In this document: positions 48,473-60,384 of the stretch, piece by piece | How positions within the stretch are numbered: position 1 is the stretch's first letter | Layout: every line of letters begins with the position of its first letter | Assembly: GCA_010093605.1 (NCBI GenBank) | Contig: MU004198.1 | Span: 684,726 to 748,725 of the forward strand | DNA from: Lophium mytilinum | Taxonomy: Eukaryota | Direction of reading: 5' to 3' | DNA: 64,000 nucleotides | Position numbers and translations under genes: made by a program | Notes under the pieces: model-generated | What the model was told of the DNA's origin: nothing | Seen by the model: the letters and a program-made list of their open reading frames with translations, nothing else | Database searches by the model: none

Positions 48473-49957
48473 GGTATCTCGGTTCGGCGGGAGGCGCTCG
48501 ATAGTCCAGTGGTGGAATCCCTTTTGGCAGACTGGGGACTTTTCTTCGGAGCAGCGTGTATCCAACTTTACGGTCCAATGGAACTGAATGCTTTCCGTCT
48601 GTGACTTGGCACTGCGGCGCCAGCATGTGAGTGGATGTGGTGACCAGGTGGATGGGTGGCACAGCGGTATCGGCACAGCGGTTATCAAAACGGATATCAA
48701 TGGGAATCATGACATCAATGTCAACACCAACTGGGCTCTACGGGATAACTTCATGTTCTGCATGATGCGGCGGGCTGAGCTATTCATTCAGCCTGTTTCA
48801 GGCCCGATCCTCCCCGAATGATGTGACGGATCACACCCTCGACGTGCGCAAGCTCGAGGCGGTGCAGAGCGCACGCTACCTCGCCGGGAGTGCGGTGCAT
48901 TAGAGCCTGCAACATGCAGGCGGGTCGAGATCTGAAGTGCAGTGAGCATCTATCATCTTGGCATGTGAATATCAAATTGGTCTTTGCTCGCCTATTGAGC
49001 CGGGAGTCTGTACAACGACCACGCTCGGCATGCATGAGTCCAATCACGCCGTCCCATTCTCAACGTCGGGAGACATCACGATACTTACGATTAGCTACGA
49101 TTACCTGCGATTACCAGTGAATTTGGGAAAACCTCCAACCTCCAGAGCTAGAAGCTACACGAGTGACATACCCATTTCGAATTGACTGCGCGAGAATTCA
49201 CCGAGTCAGACTGGCTCAGTTTATCTCTCCAGCTCGTTGGGCTCAGGGGATCTTCAGCGTGCTAACTTCGCACCCGCTTACCCGTCCGAATCATGCATGC
49301 TAAGCGTGGTTCCTTTAACAGGCCCCGTTGGATGGCAAAAGCACGCGATCACGTCCACTCAACACCACGGCCAGCTATCTCGGAGGCTACACCGCCAGAG
49401 ATGGCACCGGCACCATGCATACGACATACGGTCGCACGTCAGCAGCATTATCTTGCTCTGCGGCTTCACCCGAGCCACGGGTCCCCGAGTTGGCCGTTGA
49501 TTGGCCCTCGCGACCGCTATCGACGAATGCAGGCCTGAGGGAGGCTCCTGTACGTCTCTGCAAGTAGCAGCGCTAGATGTTTGATGCTGGATCAGGTCTC
49601 ACGGACAGAGTCAGTCGCAGCCGGGGCAGCTCAGGTAATGGTCGCATAATCGAGTAATCGAGTGTGCTCTGGCCTGTGACGAGCCATGGGCGGGCTGGCG
49701 GGAGGCGCCCCTAAAGGAGGACCGCACGGAATCAGACACCAAGGGAAAAAAAATATGTTGCCCATGCGACCTGTTCCCACCGAGGCGGCCCTGCTAATTT
49801 GGCTCCCGCCTATATAGCGCTCTCCCGCCCTCTAGCCGCGTGCTTCTTTTCTCTGCTCCCCAGATCTCACCACCAAAGCTCCGCCTGCGACTGCGTGCTC
49901 GTCTCGCCAGCGTCCTCACGCTTAGCGGCGGCTGTCTCGCCACCACCGGCCCACCAA

Positions 49958-50698
49958 ATGACGCCGAATCTCTACCTCGCAACGCAGACTCTGTTTTCGC
50001 CGCACAAATGGTTTGTCCGGAGGCAGTCGGAAAAGCCTCGACGCCAGACTGAGCACTGGGAGCATCCCATCTCCGGCACGTACGAGTACATCCCCGGCCG
50101 AGGCTGGTACCTCGTAGCCACCGACTACCCGGACGAACGCCTCGCGCAGCCGATCCACGTCAAGTACTCCAAGGTGCTGAAGCGGTACATGCTGCAGCCC
50201 GACTACGACACGCGCAAGCGCCACGCCAACATCAAGGACGACAAGGGCAAGACGAAGAACGTGTGCTTCTTCCGCCTCGACGACGGCGTCGCCTGGGTGC
50301 ATTGCTGGGACAATGAGGGCCACTTCATCCCCGGCCCGTATAAGATGTGGTGCGTCGACAAGGAGACCAACCAGTTCCGCCATATGCTGAAGGGCGACGA
50401 CCCGTACTACACCAGCCGCTCCAACAGCCGGGCTGATGACCAGCCGCCGACGTCTAGGAGGAGCCAGGAGAGCCGCTCGACGCAGTATCGTGGAGAGGGT
50501 AGTAATAGTCGCACGCCGAATACCTCCCAGCCAAGCACCCGCTCGAACAGCGTGCGCGGCCTCTCCGCGCCTCCCACCCGCCCAGGCAGCCCGAGAGGGA
50601 GCTCTCTGTCGCAGGCCCCGATTCTGCCCACGGCCGCGGCGATTGAGAAGGGGCTGATGCAGAATCCTCCGAGCTCGCAGCCAGCAACGACGGACTGA
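49958..50698 (+). CDS. Hypothetical protein (~246 aa), aromatic-rich N-terminal domain and S/R-rich tail
   Basis: Strong GC3 codon bias, ATG at 49958 and TATATA at ~49811. Sequence includes GTYEYIPGRGWYLV...FFRLDDGVAWVHCWD. No family recognised. Confidence 0.7.
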   Translation: MTPNLYLATQTLFSPHKWFVRRQSEKPRRQTEHWEHPISGTYEYIPGRGWYLVATDYPDERLAQPIHVKYSKVLKRYMLQPDYDTRKRHANIKDDKGKTKNVCFFRLDDGVAWVHCWDNEGHFIPGPYKMWCVDKETNQFRHMLKGDDPYYTSRSNSRADDQPPTSRRSQESRSTQYRGEGSNSRTPNTSQPSTRSNSVRGLSAPPTRPGSPRGSSLSQAPILPTAAAIEKGLMQNPPSSQPATTD

Positions 50699-52077
50699 GC
50701 CCGACTCCTGGGCTGGCACTTGCTCAATCCGTTCGCTGCAAGGCTTTTTCTACCATTCTCGTTCACCCGCTACTTCGAAACGCATCGTTACGACTTCCTA
50801 AATTCCGGATGACTTTTTAATTTGGTACGGAAGATGTCGGCATTGGTCTCGCAAAGCCTTTGAAAGACGTGCTTCCTCCTCGAATCACCCAAGAGCCGGC
50901 CGCAAGCACGCGAGACAGGTCAACCCATCGAGACGCTTCAGACTCCTACCTACTTCCAAGCATCTCGCCAAGACCATATCTCTCCACCTCTGCGCTCTTG
51001 TCCCGGCCCTCTCTTTTAATTACCCTAGACTTCCTTTCTTCGACTAATTTCGTTTTTGGAGTTTCGGGCGTTATGGCAACTATGGACGGGGGCGGACCGT
51101 TGGAAAAGTAAAACCTTTGTAATCATTCTCTCCCTATCGCTGGCGTCTTCGCGTTTGCCCAGCTTACGGACTTCTACACTTCGTTTATTTGCTCGGCCGT
51201 GCGGTTTCGAAGGTTCGGCGGTTCTTAGATAGCACGCATGAAAGGGTTTCCGGGCTTGGGCGTGAGCTTTGCGTGCAACGTGTCTGCGTTATACCCCATA
51301 CTGCGTATCTCGGAAATATAGATCTGTTCGTTCGTTTTGCGCTTATCGAATTTTTTGGATGACGTTGATTGATATGCGTGCTATTGGCTGATTTACTGCT
51401 GACCATTCACTACTATTTAGAATAGAATGTCAGACAGATAGACTAGTGCGGTTTGGGTCGTTTGGGAATTTTATGTACGCCTCTCTACTACCATCCGCTC
51501 TGATTAGGTGGATTTACTACCTACTCATGCGTTTGGGTTGAGTAGGGCAGGTAAGGCATGCGCCAGTGAAATGACGCAAAAACAGGGCGTTTTTGCAAGC
51601 TGGTGTCTGAGACCACCAACCGCAGTCAATGGGGGGCTTAAAGGTAGGGTTTGGATGACGCCTGCTCTGAGATTCGAACGTTCATCTCGTTATAGACGAC
51701 GCGAACACGGGCGGAGTTCATGAAGGAATTTAACGGTGCGCCGACTAGGCAGCTGATGATGTTTCTTCTTCAGAAAGACTAGGAATGTTAGCGGTTTTGC
51801 GTGTGTTGTAGAGGTGTTTGCAACGAAAGCCAGAACGTTGATGATTGCGATTGCGGAGCTTAGTTTGCCTGGTTGGCTTGGGCTGCTGTGAGAAGGTGAT
51901 ATTGGAAGCAGGTAGGTTTCCCAGCTGACGCTGGCAGCTTTCTTAGATCGCACATCGGTTGAAAAACGGGAGGCGGTTTCTAGATCTCCGCCCTCGGTTC
52001 CTTCTATACCATTTAGTTCGACTATAGAATCAATGATACCATTCAACCGTCTAGCCAGTGTATTCACACCGAACTCC

Positions 52078-52150
52078 CCCATCCCCAAACCCTCCCATCC
52101 CCAAACCCTCCCATCCCCAAACCCTCCCATCCCCAAGCCCTCCCATCCCC
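52078..52150 (+). repeat. 16-bp minisatellite CCCATCCCCAAACCCT, ~4.5 copies
   Basis: Read directly. The minus strand has closely spaced G3-G4 runs. Confidence 0.9.
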
Positions 52151-54039
52151 CCGCCCCTCCATCCACCTCCCCACCCCTCTCCGCCACCTACTCGTATCTG
52201 CGTGACCCCCGCACTACCTTCCCGCCTCCGTCTCGTGGGCCTCGCGATCCCGACTATCCCCGCGCGGTATCCGTGGGTTTCGAGCTGTCTTGCTGGGAGG
52301 GGAGGTGTTGGTAGCACAGGCGTTGGGTGCAAGATCAGTCCCAGTGCTGGATATGCAAGGAAGGGTAGTCGTCGCTGGACTGGGCGCGGAGCGGCTGAAG
52401 GCATTACTACATTAAGTGCAGTGCTGTATAGGTGCTGCTGTAACCAAGCTGGGGGTTTCGTATGCGAAGGGGGCTGCGGGCGGTAGGGTTGGATTGGCGT
52501 GGAGGCGACATCGGGGTGTGCGACCCGGGTCCGAGGAGGTGGTGGGGGTGTTGCTGCCTGCCTTCAGGACGATGCAGGGTATGAAGAAGTGGTGGGAGGT
52601 GCGCGTCGGTTGTGGGAGGAGAGTGTGGCTGGCTTGTGCGCTTTGTTGAGGGCTTCCTTAGAAGTGGGTTGAGGCGGTCGCTGGTTTGAAGATGATGGTT
52701 TCGGTCTGCTTGTTTGGGATGTTGGCGACCGGGAAGGTGGATTGGGCATGGCGGGTAGAGTGGCGGTTTGGCTGGGTTGAGGGGGAGAAGAGGAGCGGAA
52801 ATAGCGAGCGAAGCACGTAGGAGGAGCTGGAGATCGGAAGTCGTGGGCTATTGGCACGCGAAAGGAGCACGCGGATCGATAGAGGATAGAGATGTCAGCG
52901 GCTCGCTAGGGGGGAGGAGGTTCAGAAGGCTTGCAAAACTCGAGCTCTCGGAGGAGGCTTCGATGCGACAGAAAGATCGAAAGCATCATTCAGGAACCAC
53001 GGGATTACAAGCAAAAAGGTTCATACTACAACCTCTTCCAAAGCGAATTAATAAAAAGAGTGAGATACTAAAGAGGGTGAAAGTGCAAAAGTGCAAAAAA
53101 GCATACCCACGCGCACTGAGAATCGAACCTCAGCTAGCAAAAAGTGACAAAAAGATGAGCTTCGCCAGGGGTTGATCAGGCCTGTCTGACAGCCGTAGTG
53201 GTCGCCATCCGGCACGGGACAATGTCCTACCACTACACAATGCTTACTCATGGAAGGCCGACGAAATTTTCGAAATATAAGGTTGGGTTGAGTGAGAAGT
53301 GAGATGTCATTTGTTTAAGCGAGGTCGGTCGGGGAACTGGCAGGTGCCGGAGTGAGCCGTTCCCACAGCTTGCTCTTATGATGTGAGTGCGCGTTTGCGT
53401 GGAAGCTGGTGAGCCGCCTTCGTGAGGCGTTGCTGTTGTTGTTTTTGTCGCCGTCTCGGCGGGCGTGTTTGCCTGCGCTGGTCACATTCTAGTGGGTCTT
53501 CACCGTCAGCGCTCGCGCTCGCGGCACAGATAGAGCTTGAGTGTCTTTACGATCATCGAGACGTGGATAAATTCGAAACGAAAAAGTGTATTCGTTCAAG
53601 CAAAAAGGAAGCGTTACACACCGCCCCACCTAGACCTTGCAATCTTAAGCTCACCCTCCTAGTCTCCGCGTTGGCTCGACCAGCGAGACAGCGCTTACGC
53701 CCGTATAGCCCAAATATGGAGGCTACCTCAAGCTTCGCGGAACCCAAACAGCACCAGAGCCAGCCCCATTCCAACACAAGCGAGAGCGCTCAAGGGCATC
53801 CCTGGGGCCCGGTATAGGGAGCCAGTCCGGAGATATTGGTGATGGAGGAACAACCTGCTTTTGGCTCACACAATCTCGTTTCTTGATGAGGCCGCGAGCT
53901 GTATGTACAGATGCATCCCTCGCGAACCCCTTTAACTACCGGAGCATCAGAACACTTCGGGGCGCCAAAATCGGTGGGAGCCATGAGTGGATCGGTTTGA
54001 CCCTTTAGGACAGCGACTAGGTTGAATTCCTAGATACGG

Positions 54040-54720
54040 TTAATTTTGGAACGAACGAAGGCAGGAGATAATCTGAAAAGTAGAACAGGTAGCAACGAAA
54101 GAATGAAATGAGCTCATCGGGAGATCTAGGGATATACGTACACCGCAGAAGTAATAAGATAAACTCCCACCAATTTGTTGAGTATCGGGGGATCCGTCGA
54201 AACACTGATATTGTTACTCGGTTTCCATTACCGGGAGAAGGACACTTACGCCATCGATGGCCTTGTTGAACTGAGTGTTACCATCCATGATCTTGTTGAA
54301 CTGAGTGACACAATCCCCAATCTTCTCGGCGTCCGTAGACCCAGTGAATATGGTGGAGACTATCATTCCTTCTGCGTAATCATCACCAGCTGAGAGTGTG
54401 AGACCAACAAGTAGATTGCTATTCCCTCCGTCGATGGGTATTACGTCGTGAATCTGGAGGGCTTGAGGGTTCCCCTTTATAGTCTTGTCTCCAACGAACT
54501 CGATAGGAAGAGTTAGCCTGGTATCCAGGTATGTCTTGTTGTTGCAGAACTGCTGAATCGCGTTCTGACCGTCTGTCTTGGTAAATACACTAAAGCCTTT
54601 CTTCAGTGGCTTAGATTGGCATTTCAAAATATATTCTGAAGGATCATCACGGCGGGATGCGGACGTGGGTTTGGAGCGAACAACGGCAGCGATACACAGG
54701 AAGAGATAAAAGAGTAGCAT
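54040..54720 (-). CDS. Small secreted cysteine-containing protein (effector-like); 3' exon structure uncertain
   Basis: Signal-peptide-like MLLFYLFLCIAAVVRS then RR, NAIQQFC and CVTQFNKIMDG. GTAAGT donor at ~54249, next exon CFDGSPDTQQIGGSL. TATAA ~65 bp upstream. Confidence 0.6.
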
Positions 54721-56302
54721 AGTGACAGAACAATGTAGAAGGGTGTAAGGGGCCTCGATAAATAGCGAGAGTGGGAGGTACTTATAAGACAGCTCAGGTG
54801 CCGCAATCAGTATATGCCAGATATCATCGAGCGCTCGCCTACAGGACTGGGGCAGCAGAACTGTCCAGATCACAGCTTGCGAGGAATTGTAGAAGAAGCC
54901 TCAATGGATCGAAAATGTGGCCTTTTTGAAACAAGAATCCTCTGCGCCTTCCACCAACGTCTTGATCCTACATAGACAGCATCCGTAGATGTTGGTGACG
55001 CACGCAAGCTGTGATGAAAATCATAGTGATGCTAGTGAGTTTCTTACCCATACTTATAGCGGGCCTGATCTTTTTAGAGGCTTACAAGGTCGTTCCGTCT
55101 TAAAGAGATCATAGATCGCAGGCGTCTAGGATTACTATCGAACGGAGTAGAGCTTTATAGAAAGGCAGACACGTATACTATCCGCGCAGCCCCGATCCGG
55201 TGCCGCTATTGAGACAAGAAGAGACCAGGAATCTAGAAGGAGTGGAGAGGATCAGTATTGCGGCTTTGCCGCATTCAACGCTTTGAGGGGCGTAGCAGCG
55301 AGGTTCTCGAACGGAGAACGGCATGTCGAAGGCAATAGGGCAATCATCAACGTATTCGTCTCAAAGGGACAAAGCGGTTACGAAGACATGAAAATGATGG
55401 CTAGTTAGATGAATCAGTGGTGATAGAGGATGGAGGACGTGACGTCTAGAGGGGTAGCCCAGAAATGGGATCCCTGAAAGTCCATAGAGTACTAGACCGC
55501 ATTGTGTCTAGTAGAATTAGGCTCACATTCTCTTACCTTTGTACGAACAACATCTTCTTGCAACAATCACAGCGAAAGATATGCGATCAACATTTCCTCC
55601 ATCGTAGGTTTTCGAGGCATTTGGCGTCAATTATCTTATCCCCTTCTGGATACTAGTATTGCTCGTGCTATACCATTTCATAAATTAGATACGTAGGAGC
55701 ACAACCCTCTGTATCCATCCTCCAGATGCCTCCGGTGGACTAGCGCGGATATCAAGCCACGAAAGCAAGTTACAAAAGGGGAAGAATTTGAAATTAACGC
55801 CTTGCGGTATCATGCTTTTCGCATTCTTCGAAACGTATCTGCAGTCACATTAAAGCGTCTCCGCAAGATTTACCCCCCAATATAGATATGCAACGTCTTC
55901 CGCCCGGAATTATCTAGACTGACTTCCGACACGCTAAAACGAGACTCAACCCCTCAACCCACGCATGAAAAAGCTCTCTCGGTTGCTGTCATCGGATCTG
56001 AGTGTGATATCAGGGGACAACCGCGGGGGAGGCAATGGTCAGCTTGGGAGTGGTTCAGGGAGTGTGGTCCAATCACGTGCATCCTATCTACACTGGCTTA
56101 CTGTGCACATCCAGATCGCCGAGGGCTACCATCCGAACTACCATAGAGAATATACCCAGGTTCCCCGCAGTGTCCGTAGCATATATGAATAACCGAAAAT
56201 CATCAATCGAAGATCTGATCTATTTCATATCCGTATATACGTCAAACTAAACTATCCTCCTTCACCCATCCCCAACCTCAACCCCAACCCCATCCCCAAA
56301 CC

Positions 56303-57487
56303 ATGCCCTCCTACGAAATCCCAACCACCTGCCCCGCCGGCGTCGTCACCAACGCCGGCCCCAACTTCACCCTTTCCATCGCCACCGTCCCTGTCCCGAC
56401 CCCGGGCCCCACCGACCTCCTCATCCGCCTCAACGCCACCGGCATCTGCTACTCCGACATCCACTACATGCTCGAAGACCTCCCCATGATGCCCTCCATG
56501 TCACGCTTCGGCGTGCGCTCCCCGGGCCACGAAGGCGCCGGCGTCGTCGTCGCCCTCGGCAGCGCCGTCACGAACTGGTCCCTCGGCGACCGCGCCGGCA
56601 TCAAGCCCGGCTACGACGTCTGCTTCGCGTGCGAGCTATGCTGGGGCGGGCTAGAGACGTATTGCGCCGAGGGCACGCAGACGGGGCTGCAGCATGCGGG
56701 GACGTATCAGCAGTATATCGTGAGCCCGGCGCGGTACACGACGCGGATTCCGGAGGGGGTGAGTGATTTTGAGGCTGCGCCGGTGATGTGTGCCGGGGCG
56801 ACGATTTATAATAGTTTGAAGCAGAGCGGGTTGGGCCCGGGCGATTGGGCGGTTTTTGTGGGTGCGGGCGGTGGGGTGGGGCATATGGGGGTGCAGTTGG
56901 CGAAGGCGATGGGGATGAGGGTTGTTGGGGTGGATGGGGGGAGGGATAAGAGGGAGTTGTGTGTGAAGCTGGGTTGTGAGGCGTTTGTGGATTTTTTGGA
57001 GACGAAGGAGGTGGCGAAGGAGGTGGTGAGGATTACGGACGGGAAGGGGGCGCATGGGGTGTTTGTGACGGCGACAAGTAAGCAGGCGTATGAGACGGCG
57101 CCGTTTATGGTGAGGGTGGCGGGACGGGTGATGTGTGTTGGGCTTCGTAAGTGGACTTTGGAGATGAGTGATTTGATACTGGCTAATTCTGTGATTCAGC
57201 TCCGGGTGGGGTTGTCGCGGGAGCAGATCCATTGTGGTTTGTCGCGAAGAACTTGCATATTATGGGGACTGCCGTGGGGTCGATGCTGGATACGCAGGAG
57301 GCATTAAGCTATGCAGCGAGGGTAAGCAGATTTCCGCAGCCACTAAGAAGTATTAGATTGACGAAATCTCTAGGGATTGCTCAAACCCTCATATGAGAAG
57401 TTCTCATTAGCTCAACTCCCAGAAGCAGTAGACAAACTTCGCAAAGGTCAGGTGGCTGGAAGGCTTGTTGTTGACTTCAATTCATGA
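56303..57487 (+). CDS. Zinc-dependent alcohol dehydrogenase (MDR, ADH1-like)
   Basis: Motifs GICYSDIH, GHEGAG, CFACELC...C, APVMCAG and GAGGGVG. Introns ~57147-57199 and 57322-57373; ends GRLVVDFNS*. Confidence 0.93.
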
Positions 57488-57941
57488 TATGACGAAGCCG
57501 GCCGTCCTCTGTAGGTCGAAGCCTCTGGAGAGACCTGGAGAGGTACTAAATTAGTCGAGCCGGTGAGTATTGGTCCCGGTACAGGGGTTTGAGAATGCAT
57601 CGAAACGCTTCCAGTAGTACTAGGCCGGTGTACGTATGTTTGTAACTCGGCAATTCTACTATCAAGGAACCGAGATCTCTAAGGGCTTCTCGGGTACATT
57701 TGACAACCTTCTGCTCACCGGTGATATTCATACACTACCCTGTGCACATGATCATCTGGGGTAAGGGCTCGATAGTGTGCATTTCGACCTCCTACAGGCG
57801 CTATTTGCTGTGCCCCAACAAGCGACTATGTTGTCAAAAGTCCCGGACCCACCGAGTGTTTATCCCCTAGACTCCTAACTCCGGTGAGCATGAGATCGGC
57901 CTAGATTCTTTCCTGTCCATTGGAATCCAGCGTGGGCCCTT

Positions 57942-58955
57942 TTACCAGGCCCCCGGCTGCTCGACGACGACACCACCAGTTTCTTCCTTTTCGTCCTTTT
58001 CGTCCTTCGGAATCAAGTTCCGTAGGGAGAGGTCATACACGACGTCCTCGACTTCCTTCACTCTGTATTTTATGCCATCGCTACGGCGCCGGAGGGAGTC
58101 GTTCTTCAGATTGAGAATCTGGAAGCCAGCGTGGAGATCCTTGATGAATTGGCTTATGAGGAGGGGTATAAGATAATCGCCGAGGGTGACGGAGTTGCGC
58201 GCAAGGCGGGCCAGCTCATCCACGAGAGAGATCAACGCTTGGAGGTATTCTTCGATCGTAAGGTGGAAGGCGTCGCGGTCTTTGAGATTGACAGGCACTA
58301 TGTAATGTCGTTGTTAGCTTGGATAGAGTATGCGAAGGGTGTGACCCTTACCTTTCATGATGCCGCCCACCTCTTCAATGGTCAGCAGGCGGCCAGGCTT
58401 GGAGTCGCTGCCGTTTCCACCTAGCCAGCCGCAGAGGAGAATTCCGAATGTCTAGAGTATGTTCAGCTTATGCCAGACCGGCTACACTGGGCGGCCATAC
58501 CGCATCCTGAATTTGCCTGGACCACATCGTGTTCCATTTGTAGTAGGGGAGCTTCGAGGCAGCTTGCGAGAGCTTGGAGATGATAGCGACTTGGTCTTCA
58601 ACAGCGACCGAAGCATCAGAGATAACCTTTGAGACTGGAGTCGTTAGTTGCGCGCTCCGGTAGAGGGTAGAAGTCCCGAACGTACAGGCATAGGCGGGGG
58701 TGGAGTGGGCTCTGGCGAGGATGAATTGGACAGCTTTGTCTGGAAATGTCAGCGATTGTAGATGTTGGAAAGGCGGGGAACATACTTTGTTTCTCCAGAC
58801 TCTGGACGATCTCGCGGAGCTCCTGTGGTATGTTAGATGTGCTGCATGGGGGAGAGCTTGAGCTGCCTCACCTCCCGGACGGTGGTCTCCTCGTCGATGC
58901 GGGCTTGGAGATCTTCAAAGATGGCGGGATCGACCATTCCAGAGCGGTCCGCCAT
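57942..58955 (-). CDS. TSN1: Translin
   Basis: Multi-exon gene: IFEDLQARIDEET...PYYKWN..., FHLTIEEYLQALISLVDELARLARNSVTLGDY and GFQILNLKNDSLRRRSDGIKYRVKEVEDVVYDLSLRNL. Confidence 0.93.
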
Positions 58956-60384
58956 GATGAAGATTGTAGGGAAAATGAGCTTCACGGGTGGAGAGAGCTA
59001 CATTTTTGTTTGTCGCGCGTGGGCAACCCGCCAGGTGAGGGTCACGCTGCAGGCGGGCGGTCTCTTGAGGCCGCACAATCGACCTCGAAATTCCGAGATC
59101 TCAGTAATTTCAGCATTTAATCGTGATGATCATCGCATTCAGAGGCTACCGAAACAGCTCAGCAGGCTGGTTAAACTAAATAAGTCACTGCAGGCAACAG
59201 ATGGTGCAACCCGACAACGAAAGCGAGAAGACCATCACCCCCAAGAGCCAGCGACGATATGCTTCCCAACACCGCGATGATCCTGCGGCCCCAAAAGGCA
59301 GGCGAAAGAGAATTTCTTCTTCGAAGCCCCAGACAAGCTGAGAAGTTCAATGAAAAAAGAAGCAAACAGAAGAGTTCGCGTCGGCCCGAGGCAGTGCAAT
59401 ACGAGCGACACTGTGTTCCTGAACATAGGCAAGCCCAGCGGCCCAGGAACAGTTTCCAAAGACTGGATTAATCTTGAGAGATCCCGTAGGATCGTTTCAG
59501 AGATTAAACTGAAAAGAACAGATACTACACTTGATCTAAGCCAAAAGGCACTGGAATATTTGTTAGCAAAGGCACAGAATTTTGGGGGGAGGGGTCCACG
59601 AACAAGAGAGCTAAGAAAAAGAAGGAAGGACCGGGGCCAGGCTGGTTCATGTACTCGAAAAAAATTCTCGGCTTGGCGCTTACTCATCAGCGCTAGGCCG
59701 TTTAACGGAGGACATTTTAATCGGGGCTACAGGGCCCCACAGCTGCTGCCTACTATGTAAAGTGAGGCTAGGTAATGGAATGTCCGTGGAACTGCGCACG
59801 CTCTTTACACGTGACTACTTCTTAGAAAGCTCAATTTATCTATTTCACTTTAGTCCCAATATGCAAATGGGATTCTATGGTATTGGAAGTTCTGCCATCA
59901 AATTTTCGAATCCCAAACGTTATGGTTCTTCCCAATGCCATTTACGCGAATACTAATGCTATCCACCGTGCAAAAGCAGTGTTCAGATGCATAAAATCTT
60001 AATTAGATCTTAAAGAATCGGGAACAGTTCAAGGTCTTCTATATTCCACCCTTTGGCGATCTAGATACTATCTAAGTCGAGATTGAATGCTGATTGTCAT
60101 GTGCCTGATTTAAAATCCAGAGCTCTGATTTACGCGCTTTAAAATATCACATCGTCGCTTCGAAGCCTTGCACCTTTCCATGTCATACTTTGGCCGCGGC
60201 CCTGTTCTCTTTGATGGTTTGGGACATCGCGTTAAAGTATACACGACATGCCGGCCCAGATCTATCTTGCAAGAGAAGTTTTACGACCTCTCTACCGAAT
60301 CCGTACCTTCGCCTCCGCAGAAAACCGTAGGAATTTTTACTGCGCAATTCGAGTTCTTCATGACGTGCCCAAACGTTATACTTC

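Noticed and set aside
51655..51760. tRNA-like GTTCGAATC on minus (also GGTTCGATTC at ~53120)
   Set aside because: Could not build a cloverleaf: T-stem and acceptor stem are incomplete.
54950..55700. Possible decayed gene or transposon remnant
   Set aside because: Stop-rich, and no protein motif could be recognised by eye. Would need BLASTX.
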